NCBI RefSeq assembly: GCF_006345805.1
Contig: NC_043019.1
Span: 7,935,360-7,999,359, forward strand
Direction: 5' to 3'
Source of the DNA: Octopus sinensis
Taxonomy: Eukaryota
DNA: 64,000 bases
Shown in pieces: positions 52,838 through 64,000 of the stretch. Each line of letters begins with the position of its first letter. The first letter of the stretch is position 1. The notes below the pieces were generated by a model, which had not been told where the DNA came from, ran no database searches, and saw only the letters and a program-made list of their open reading frames with translations. Both the position numbers and the translations under genes were made by a program.

Positions 52838-53958
52838 GCACACATATATATGGATAGATGAATAGCTATAGATACATACCTGTAGATTTATAAATGTATA
52901 GAGAAGAATCATACACATACAGGCTTATACACATTCTAGGTTATTTCTTCAATTGTCATTTTATTCGTTATGTTATATAGCATTATATATCCACTCTGAA
53001 ATCAAATATATTCGATTACATTAAGCTCTTTACCAAACTTAGAATGAGGAAATATTCTCTTTATATTAATGTGACATATACTCCTCTAGCGGTTATAATA
53101 ACCTCGTTTTCATCTATGAATTCCGGAGATGGACCGATTGAGAGAAGTGTTTAGCTCCATTTCTCGCTCAACTATTGTGTTTGAAGCTAATAATCCTCTT
53201 GCACTACATTCTATATATATGAGCCGATGATTCAGTTGTTTTCCTTGTTTATGGAATTTATCACGCTATCTCCGCTAGAAATAGAGATCCATATCCATGG
53301 AAAATTTATGGAATATTGTTGTTTTAATGTGTATATTCAATGCTTTATTTTCTCATAATATTTCAGTTAAATTATTTTAAACATTATTATATTATCTCAT
53401 TGGAAATGAATTGTTTTATTTCTTTGAACTGTTTACAAATATTTGCTCAAAGGTATATTCTCGTTATATACGTGGAATATTTGCGTTTATTGCTGTTATA
53501 ATATCCATTCTCTTAACGTTAAACTCCGAAGTTCAAGCTCTTTAGAGATTTACACAGAGATGCAAGATTTTGGTTCTAGTTTGTGGGAATACCAGAACAC
53601 ATTACAGCAGTAACATTCTTGCTCGGCTTTCTCTGTCTATTCCACCTGGTGGCGTTGTCGAAGTATAGCAGCTTCATATATATCCGCATTCTACATTACA
53701 TGTTTCTTAAGCATTTCAGAAATGATTCCTCAATATTTTCCATAACTGATTCTATTCTATTTCCACACAGCATTGAATTTTCTTTAGTTTTCTTAATGTT
53801 ATATCGCAATACTGCACAGTGGCTGTGTGAGCTAAAAATCCTCGTCGCCACTGTATGTCGCACGTTCGGATGACCTACTCAACTCCACTCTGACCGAAGC
53901 TGGGTTCTCATTCCTAAGGTAGATTTTGATGTTGTTATTGTTGTTGTGGTAGTTGTTG

Positions 53959-53998
<40 letters not shown>

Positions 53999-54026
53999 AG
54001 AGAAAGAGAGAGAGAGAGAGAAATAC

Positions 54027-54190
54027 AACAGGATTCTTTCAATTTCCTTCCAACGAATGCACCAACAAGGCTTTGGTCGATTCGAGGCTATAGTAGAATA
54101 CACTTGCTCAAGGTTTCATGCAGTGGGACTGAACCCGGAATCATGAGATTGGAAAGCAAGCTTCGTACCCCACAGCCAAGGCTGCGCCTA
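54027..54190 (-). mobile_element. OR-like CORE-SINE 5' half
   Basis: GAGGCTATAGTAGAATACACTTGCTCAAGG...GTGGGACTGAACCCGGAATCATG...CACAGCCAAGGCTGCGCCT. Confidence 0.8.
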
Positions 54191-54324
54191 AGTTATTTGA
54201 TTTTCCTTTCACTGCAACAGGTCCAAACTAACGCCAGCCAACCATGATCTTCACACAACGCATCCATGAACTTCACCAAATTATCAACAAAATACTCTTC
54301 CAGCTCGCCACCTTTGACAAAGAA

Positions 54325-54723
54325 AATATTCTTTCCTACTCTAGGCATAAGGCCCGAAATTTTGGGGGAGGGAACCATTGAATTAGACCGACCCCAGTAC
54401 GCAGCTGATACTTAATTTATCGATCCGAAAGTATGATAGGCAAAGTTAACCTCGGCGGAATTTGAACACAGAACTTAACGGCAGACGAAATACCTATTTC
54501 TTTACTATTCTCAAGGGGCTACACATAGATGGGAGTGACAAGGACAGATAAGGATTAAGTCGATTATATCGACCCCAGTGCGTAACTGGTACTTATTTAA
54601 TCGACCCCGAAAGGATGAAAGGTAAAGTCGACCTCGGCGGAATTTGAACTCAGAACGCAACAGCAGACGAAATACCGCTAGGAATTTCACCTGGCGTGCT
54701 AACGTTTCTGCCAGCTCGCCGTC
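54325..54723 (-). mobile_element. Head-to-tail dimeric OK-like SINE
   Basis: Junction GACGAAATACC|TATTTCTTTACTA at 54494/54495, identical to 6576/6577. Confidence 0.85.
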
Positions 54724-55669
54724 TTGAATCTAACAGAGGAATAAATACGTCCCTAATCATGTTTATTGTCACAAGAAAGCATACAAAATTAGACAGTTGT
54801 TTTTCATTTGTGTATTGAGAAACATAAACTGTTCAGAACAATTCCTAATTCTGGAAAATAGTTATTTCCTCCTCCCCTTTATCGAAGACAGTCGTAATTG
54901 TCATTTCGGATATCTACTTTTATTTCCTCAAATCAAAGTTGATTTCAATAGATCTCAAATTTGTCTCGTATTTAGTATACCTTTACTCACCGTTATTGTC
55001 GAAATTCATTACAATGGACGTTACGCCGTTACTTTCTTTAGCTAATTTATTTTATATTCAATTATGCAAATTACCGGAGGTTATAATTAGTGTCTACTCT
55101 CTCTGTTTATTACTAAGTGAGTTGTGCAGCTTAATTGAGGTATGAACAACTATGGTGCATATGACAATTATTGAGTCAGTAACACGCGAAGAAATTGCCC
55201 CTTGCCTTCAAGACAAAAAAAAAATTCAACCATTATTTATATTGTGAATGGCTTGACAGTGCCAAAGAAGTGTTTGTTCTTGGAATTTCCTCGCCGCCGT
55301 TTCGCTCCGAGTCTATAACAAACGTTACAGGGTCTTCACTTCATTGCGTAACAAATATACTTTAATAAATCAGAATAATTTCCTGTTGAATTTTTGTACA
55401 ATATGAGATATATCTGCAAGTGTGGTTACTTCATATTTAATAAATATAAGTATTAACTAAAGTAGGATATAATTAATGAAGCAAGTATTATATACCCAGC
55501 TGGTAATTTTGGTTATATCCTTTAAGTATTATTTCGTGATGTGTAAACTGATACCATGAGTTTACTGTCAGATATACTCAGTAGTTTACTTCTGTAGTAT
55601 CCGAAATAGAATACCCGCATATCGATTAATCCTCCAAATTGAGTATATGTATATATATGTGTATGTGTA

Positions 55670-55727
<58 letters not shown>

Positions 55728-55823
55728 AATTCAATCTATGGGTGCACCTGAGAATTATATCTGTGTATTTGTTTATTATTTTATCCTTGCATATTATTTT
55801 GAATGAACTTTCGAGGCAAAGAT

Positions 55824-55923
<100 letters not shown>

Positions 55924-58044
55924 GCGTGTGTCTGTATATATATATATGTGTGTATATATGTATATGCTTATATGCACTCACACACACATGTATATATATA
56001 TCTACAGAGAGAGAACTTAGATACACCAAATATATTAAATTTATGGATATGAAACACAAAATATGTATACATATGACAGATTTTATATTCCATACCCAAA
56101 CTAATACATTTAATATATTTGATGTATTTAATTTGATTATCTGCATAATTGCCTCTCTGTCTGCTCAAATTCATCCCTCGTATAGCCTTTTCAACATTGT
56201 GGAAAGATCTCCTATGAAGACAACGGTGTCTATGTTTGTGCAATATTAAGCGTCTGCTATACTGAGAATATTTGGATATATATATGTGTGAGTGTGTGTG
56301 GGGGGGGGTGTAATTCTTGCAGGTAATACATGAAAGACGATGTGATGCAGAGAATACAACTAAATACGGTAAACGGGTAAAATTGTGAAGCAGATGGAAT
56401 ATATAAATGCAGAGAAATTCAAATCGTAGAGAAGATGATAGAAGACACGAATTCAAAATATGATGTTTCGTATAAGGATGTATCCTTCATGAGAAAATGA
56501 AAATAATGACGAAATCTTTGAAGAAAAAATAAAAAATGGTATGAGATTTACGATGCCTAAATACGTACATTGCGGGTTTGTTTTACTCACATGTGTATGT
56601 TTGTGCATGCAGGGATCAATAAAGTGTAGGCGGATCCATAATCAACAAATAAACGAAGCTGTATTAAAGAAAATTTTCAGATACTGGATATTGTTAAACA
56701 GGGTACAGGACAAAGTTTATTGAAGTACGTGTATAGAATGTTATATAAATGCATTGTTTCTGACCTCCACAACTAATATGGAGAAGAGTTTGTTAATATT
56801 TTACTGGCAATTTTCCTCACTGGTGTTGCTGCAAATTTTCAGAGAAGCCGGTATCATGAGAAAGCTGGAATGCTATAGCTCGAAACCTATTCACTTGAAA
56901 TTCTTCTACATTCAAAATCAGATATTAATTAAATTCAGAAGAGCAATATAATAATATTAGTGATAGGAATACATATTACATATATAAGTCGAGAAATTTA
57001 TATATATTTACAAAATAATCTTATGTTAAAAACACACTCACACACTTACATATCAATATACACTCATATATATAAATATGCAGAAATACGCACATGATAG
57101 TGTGTGCTTGTATGAAAGTATGGTTTTCAAACACACACTCAAAGTATCACAAACACACATGAATATTCATACAAGTATACATATACACGTGAGCGAGCTC
57201 ATTCGACACTCATCTATTTTTTATGCCTTCATAGATATTCATCTTTGAAGGTGATTTTCTAATTACATTATCTCCGAAGTTAAAACGCACATTCATACAT
57301 ACATAAATACATGTGTATGTATGCATGTATATATATGTATATATGTGTATATATATATATATGTATATATGTGAATATATATATATATATATGTATACAC
57401 ACGCACACAGATATATATATATATATATATTGCAGAGATGTTTACACGCACACATATGCAAAGTATCACATACATATTTATACATGTATATTATATATAT
57501 ATATATGTATGTATGAGCGTGTGTGTGCTCTGGGTATATATATGTATATATAAATGTATATTAATATATATGTATGTATATATACATATATATATATATT
57601 CATATATAAATATATATATATTCATTCATACATATATATATATATTCACATATATATATATTCATATACAAATATATATATATAAATGTTTATATATTCA
57701 TATATACATATGAATATATATATCTATATATTCATATATATATATATATGCATATATATATGTGCATATATATATACATATATATATGTATATATATATT
57801 TATATAATTAAATAAATGAATATATAGATATATATATACACATATATACATATATTCATATATATATTTGTGAGTGTTTGTGCATGTGAGTGATCTTATA
57901 TTCATGATTGTGTGCTCGCGTGTGTACGCATTTCATTTGAGACACATACCATCACAAAAACCTACACAAAACTCTTCTCAGTCACATACATGGAACATAT
58001 AAACAAACGAACAGACGCATTCCAACTAACGCACACACACACAA

Positions 58045-58077
<33 letters not shown>

Positions 58078-58634
58078 AACACACACACACTCACACATAG
58101 AGACCTTCCTTCATACATACATCCACACAGCCATTCACACAACCACAAACGTGTATAAGCATACAGAGACAACTAAATCACATTGTCATACAATGACATT
58201 TCGCATCGAAGTATTCTATTTTCAGCGCAAACGTCCCTTCTTCATTCCATTTTTTCTTTAACAATATTTAAACATTTTTCCATTCTTGTGTTTCTTCCCT
58301 CTATTTTTTTTCTATTTTACCTAATCTTATTTCATCTTCTTATCCAACTTCTTCACCTCTGCATGTTTTTTTATCTCATGTCAGCATCTTCCTTTTTCTA
58401 CTCATCATGCTGTATTTTTCAAAGCTATTTTTTTTGCTATTATTATTCTTCACATGTGTTTCAATTCCAACGTTCGTCCCTAATTTAATTCCTTCCATTA
58501 TGCGTTTTTGCATTTTAAAGCCCACGCATATACATACATATATAAACACACTGAGCTGAAACAAGAAAAACGAAATATATATATACCTGCATATATATAT
58601 ATATAATATGTAAATACATATACATATATATATA

Positions 58635-58743
<109 letters not shown>

Positions 58744-59085
58744 TTAGCGACAGAATCTGTAGTCATTCCAAGAGGAAATATTTTCTTAGAGCATCCTTGA
58801 ACACTCTGTTATTAACTTAGAATGTCTCATATTTAGTCGTATTGCATAAAGGCTCTCGTGTTTGTATCAATGACAGACGAGAATCGTCAGCTGCTGGATC
58901 TGCCATATCATGTGATTTCTGTCCATTTGGAGCCTCTCAGTGGCAGACGTCCAGTAGCGACATAACAGCGGAATCTCATTGTCAGTGATGTATGGAATAT
59001 CAATACCTTGTCTGCTACTGGCCTACCAAATAACCAGCAGGATTATTAAAATGTAGTTCACAACGACTATGTATATTATGTTAGA

Positions 59086-59602
59086 CTAGCAGTATCGCCC
59101 GGCGTTGCTCGGGTTTGTAAGGGAAATAACTATATAAGCATTTTTAGAGAGTTACTTTCCTTATAGATGCCAATTCGGGTTTTCTTAGCCATTTCTGTTT
59201 TGGTGTCTTCAAGCCATGAAGTCGTTGTTCTAAAAGAACGCTGGTCTCCTTGACAACGCATTACGACGTTGATTTCCTTAAACTCCCTTCCCCACAGCTT
59301 CACGAGGGAGGGAAGAAGGGGGAGAAGCAAACACAGGTGCAGGTGTTTGAGCGTGGACGCCAACTCCGCCGCCATCGCCACACAAAAAATTATGCATTAA
59401 AATGGAATAAAAAAATATGTTAAATTACTTTTAAAATCGTAGACACATCGTAGACGCGCGCTAATACTCAGACGGGCTCGATATGAATCACGACTATAAG
59501 ATACCCGAATTTGGTTAAACTGCACCGCAAAATGTGGGAGGAGTTAGGAATCTAAATCGAAGGGGACAGACACTCACACAACTACAGTTTTATATATATA
59601 GA
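59086..59602 (-). mobile_element. Non-autonomous Helitron, 517 bp
   Basis: Minus strand: A|TCTATATATATAAAACTG at the 5' end; GC-rich hairpin CCCGAGCAACGCCGGG 8 nt before the terminal CTAG|T; no TSD; inserted between A and T. Confidence 0.8.
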
Positions 59603-59689
59603 TATAACGATTGCCTTTCCCTATTTGTGTTTCTTCTGCTGCTTTTAATTATTTGTTAATGATTCGCTTTAAAAAATGAAAATAAGTAG

Positions 59690-59945
59690 TGGCGTCCAGC
59701 CGTTCGACTAAAGATATTTAGGGCGATGCCACAGCATGACCGCAATATAATGGCTTACACAAGTACAAGTAAGAAATAAAGATGGACACGCGTATGATTG
59801 AGTGGAAAGATGTTTGCTTTTCAAGAAAATGGTTCCATGTTGAGCCCCACTACGTGACACCTGGGACAAAATGCTTTCTACTGTAGCCTCCGGTCGACAA
59901 ACGCATTCCGAATGGTTTTGGTAGACGGAAAGTGAAAGAAGCCTT

Positions 59946-59950
<5 letters not shown>
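59690..59950 (+). mobile_element. OR-like SINE tail followed directly by an OR-like SINE head
   Basis: TTCGACTAAAG...GCCACAGCATGACCGCA tail, then GGTTCCATGTTGAGCCCCACTACGTGACACCTGGG...GGTAGACGGAAAGTGAAAGAAGCC. Confidence 0.65.
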
Positions 59951-60014
<64 letters not shown>

Positions 60015-60079
60015 GAACAATGCGTCAATATTTACTGGAAATTGCAGTCGATAATATACGACGCTATAGTAAAGCTTCA

Positions 60080-60110
<31 letters not shown>

Positions 60111-60144
60111 CGTACCTATGTATTTATAAAGAGTCGCCATTTTG

Positions 60145-60385
60145 TGGTTAGAGCGTCCGGTTGAAGGTCGTGAATGTGATGCCTGGCGGATTGTTGCATC
60201 ATCTCAACAGTTCGGATTGTATTTCAAAAGGGCCAGCATTGTCGAATTCCGTTTCTCACTGAACAACCCCCGAGAACCACGTTAAGAGTGCACGTGTCTG
60301 TGGAGTGTATATTAATTTCACGAGCAGGCTGTCCTGTTCATCGGAATAACTGAAACCCACTTCGTCGTAACCGGCGGAGACCCAC
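60145..60385 (+). mobile_element. tRNA-headed SINE (probably same family as 37130)
   Basis: GTGGTTAGAGCG head-like start; body GAGAACCACGTTAAGAGTGCACGTGTCTGTGGAG...TTAATTTCACGAGCAGGCTG recognised from memory as an octopus repeat. Confidence 0.5.
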
Positions 60386-60554
60386 TCTTATATGTATATC
60401 TGTATGTATATGTGTGTGTTATAACGTATAGAGAGTGCATTTTATGTATACATACGTAGAAGCATACATACACCACGTTTGATACGCACTTACACATATG
60501 TATGCGTGTGTGTGTGTGTGTTTTTATGTACACATTTTATATATGCACACGAGC

Positions 60555-61105
60555 ACACACACAAATACACACACACACGCACACATATATTTACAAAAAC
60601 ATACATACTCACGCACACACACGCAAATACACACACACATGCACACATACATAGTTACAAAAACATACATACGCACAACACACACACAAATACACACATG
60701 CACACATATATATTTACAAAAACATACATACTCACGCGCACACACACAAATACACACACACATGCACACATACATAGTTACAAAAACATACATACGCACA
60801 AACACACACACAAATACACACATGCACACATATATATTTACAAAAACATACATACTCACGCACACACACGCAAATACACACACACATGCACACATACATA
60901 GTTACAAAAACATACATACGCACAAACACACACACAAATACACACATGCACACATATATATTTACAAAAACATACATACTCACGCACACACACGCAATAC
61001 ACACACACATGCACATACATAGTTACAAAAACATACATACGCACAAACACACACACAAATACACACATGCACACATATATATTTACAAAAACATACATAC
61101 GCACG
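60555..61105. repeat. CA-rich minisatellite, ~60/64-bp monomers alternating in a ~124-bp higher-order unit
   Basis: TTACAAAAACATACATAC recurs 9 times at spacings of about 63,60,64,60,64,60,61,60; monomers alternate TATATTTACAAAAACATACATACTCACGC and CATAGTTACAAAAACATACATACGCACA. Confidence 0.9.
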
Positions 61106-61479
61106 CACACACACACACACACATGTATGTATCAACGCACATATGAGCACATCGATTTTACTTACACCAACAAACTAACTTTTAATAACATAAAACCGCA
61201 CTATATATGTGTTCATAAATATTTAAATACTGCAAACCACAGTTGGGAAACTTGAATGATGTGTTTCTGTTTACCAGCAATTCTACTTAAAATATCTCCA
61301 GCGTTAAAAATTTATACTTCAATATATTTTGAACAATTTACATATTCTTGCTTTTATGCGGCCGCTGGCAGCTTTCCCACGCTCGCTAATTAACGGAGAG
61401 ATCTTGCACAGGAATTATTATATATAGTTTATAAAGAGACTGCCTCTCTGTCTTATGTTCCTTTTGTTTGTTAATATCG

Positions 61480-61624
61480 AGCTAACGGAATCGGTGGAGC
61501 GATGCACAAAATGTTTTGTGGTATATCTTCCGGCTCACTAGTTTCTGAGTTCAAATCCTGCTGGAGACAGATTTACCTTTCATCTTTTCAGGTTCGATAA
61601 AATAAAGTATCATTCAAGTACTGT
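61480..61624 (+). mobile_element. OK-like SINE, degenerate
   Basis: TTTCTGAGTTCAAATCCTGCTG...TTACCTTTCATCTTTTCAGGTTCGATAAAATAAAGTA. Confidence 0.65.
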
Positions 61625-61790
61625 GGAGGCGCAATGGCCCAGTGGTTAGGGCAGCGGACTCGCGGTCGTAGGATCGCGGTTTCGATTTCCAAACTGGGCG
61701 TTGTGAATGTTTATTGAGCGAAAACGCCCAAATTCCACGAGGCATCGGCAGGGCGGAGGGGGATCCTACTGTACTTTCTCTCACTCTTTC
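61625..61790 (+). mobile_element. tRNA-derived SINE (fourth family) with clear A and B boxes
   Basis: GGAGGCGCAATGGCCCAGTGGTTAGGGCAGCGGACTCGCGGTCGTAGGATCGCGGTTTCGATT, followed by a non-tRNA body. Confidence 0.8.
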
Positions 61791-62004
61791 CTATATATAC
61801 TTACTTGATTTTTTTTTTAAACTGTGAAACAGACAATAAGAAAAAACAGCAATGCGAGTACGTGGCACATGCAGAGTATTAATAAGACTCGCAGGGATGG
61901 AAAGAAAGTGTGTTTTGCATTTCGAGCAAAGCTCTTCTTTAGAAACAGGAGACAGAGGAAAGTCCATTTGAAAAGGAAGACGGAGTAGTGAAATTTTGGA
62001 ATAG

Positions 62005-62109
<105 letters not shown>

Positions 62110-62824
62110 GTGTTTAAGTATGTATGGATATATTGAACAAAATTTTTCCAGAGAAAAATTCAGATTCACCAATTGAATATATATATGGCAACCAAACCAA
62201 GAAGGTAACAGTTGATTGCAGAGTAGACGCAATACTAGCTTCATTCCAACAAATCGACCAATTCCGAAGTTGCCATGCCATTACTGAAATGGCAATCAGC
62301 TCATTTTCTTATCGTCTTAAGTAACACTAAATTTTCTGTATCCTCATGACTCGTGGTTTCCAGACAATAATCCAACTCTTAATTACTCCTAAATGAGTCA
62401 GTCAATGTGGATTCTCAATTCTCTCCTTCAGGTTTAGACTTGGTCTCAGCTCCCAACCGAGCTGTTGTTTTTTTTTAAATTCTAGGGAAGCATAGTTACT
62501 TCTTAGAAATCAGGATTCACGTTGAACGCTATTCAATGCATCTGAATACACAAACACACACAAGATACATGCATAGATATATATAGATATATATACGGGT
62601 GTGTGTGATTGTGTATAGAAGAATATATTAATGAAAGGAATTCCAACCTTGTCTGATTTTCACGTTTTATTTACAATCTTATAATGATATAAGATAATAT
62701 AATATAATATAGTAAAATAAAATAATAGAATGTTAAATGTTCATTCTGATTAAACTAGTATTTTCCTGCATTAAATTCTGCAATCTTCAGGTTCATGAAG
62801 TAGTGGTGACAGTCATGCTTCACA

Positions 62825-62899
62825 ATTTTTTACTATATATTCATATATATATATGAATATATATACATATATATATATGTATATATATATATATTATAT

Positions 62900-62975
<76 letters not shown>

Positions 62976-63035
62976 TTATATATATATATATATATATTGT
63001 ATATATATATATATATTATATATATATATATATAA
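62825..63035. repeat. Interrupted (TA)n array
   Basis: Direct reading. Confidence 0.95.
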
Positions 63036-63959
63036 TCAACACTGTATGAAATACACACTTAGGTATGTATGTAAACACAAACACAGACACACACACACAC
63101 TTATATTAGCATGTATGTAAATAGTAGCTGTGCCTCCTTGCGTGTGTGTACGTGTGTGTGTGTGTGTATGTGTATCTTTGTACGTGTATGTATGCATGTA
63201 TGTGTGTGTGTGTGTGTTTACGTACATTGCATTTTACAGGTGAACGTCTCCGCCGTATTCTTGTTTGACGTCACATTCTGGCACCAAACCGAAAGAAGTG
63301 TAACGCCGCGTAGTCAATGGTAACAGGATACCAATTAGATTATGAACCAATTGATTGATTTAGACAATAATAATTACATTTCAACAGAAGCTGAGGGGAA
63401 TTCTTCTCGAAAATGCAGCACATATTGGCAGCATATGAACACACAGCTACACCCGAAACCTCTCGTACCCATCCACACACACACACACTCACACACAAAC
63501 ACACACACACTCACACTTACATACATGAATGCTTGTGCACATACCCCGGTTTGCATTGCGCACGCATGCGTACACACACGCGTACACATGCTCACAGTCA
63601 CTGGCACAACAACATATATGAGGTGTGTAGTTGCGCATATATACATTATATACATATAGATATATACACACAAACGCGCGCACACGCAGACACTCACACA
63701 CACACACACACATATATATATATTCATATGTACATCTGTTATATATGTTTATATATGCAGCTACATTGAAAGATGTATATGTTTATGTTTTAATATGAAT
63801 ATATATATAGGTCTATATAGGTATATATGTGTGTGTGTGTGTGTTTGTGTGTGCAACTGTTCATGTATCCTTGTATATATATACACACACACATATATCT
63901 ATATATACGTATACTTACGTATGTGTACATATACGGTAATATATTTACAAATATGTATC

Positions 63960-64000
<41 letters not shown>

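Noticed and set aside
55040-55140. Octamer ATGCAAAT (55064-55071) plus TAATTA/TTAATTG cluster as an enhancer
   Set aside because: Such AT-rich motifs arise often by chance at this base composition; conservation data are needed.
58780-59085. GC-richer unique stretch next to the Helitron, possible LINE fragment or exon
   Set aside because: No frame gave a convincing motif on either strand.
60555-61105. Regularly spaced repeats resembling a CRISPR array
   Set aside because: Intervening sequence is itself repeated (no unique spacers), there are no cas genes, and the context is eukaryotic.
61625-61697. tRNA-like sequence with A and B boxes
   Set aside because: Does not close a proper acceptor stem and runs into a SINE body; called a SINE head, not a tRNA gene.
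62170-62400. Possible Tc1-like N-terminal HTH remnant on the minus strand
   Set aside because: Weak resemblance with stops; no terminal repeats.

Overview
AT-rich, non-coding eukaryotic DNA dominated by microsatellites ((TA)n, (TG)n, (GATA)n, (GAA)n, (ATT)n) and decayed mobile elements. The SINE families look like the tRNA-derived SINEs of Octopus, so this is most likely an octopus intron or intergenic region (recognised from memory, not by search). I found no convincing host protein-coding exon, RNA gene or CRISPR array; nearly all ORFs in the track are translated microsatellites. Supported content: about 20 tRNA-headed SINE copies from 3-4 families; remnants of CR1-like, RTE-like and Tx1/L1-like LINEs; one clear and one probable non-autonomous Helitron; foldback repeats; a dimeric higher-order minisatellite; a 100-N gap with duplicated flanks. 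The most notable pattern is a set of at least seven minimal type-I hammerhead-ribozyme-like motifs (CUGANGA + extra nt + stem II + GAAA + palindromic stem III). Some lie in about 200-bp ORF-less elements embedded in (TA)n arrays; others lie in Penelope-like termini, two of which form long palindromes. Also notable are a Tx1-like LINE end sitting inside a (TATC)n array and a head-to-tail dimeric SINE with an invariant junction at two loci. All structures were read by eye; no folding or homology search was run.
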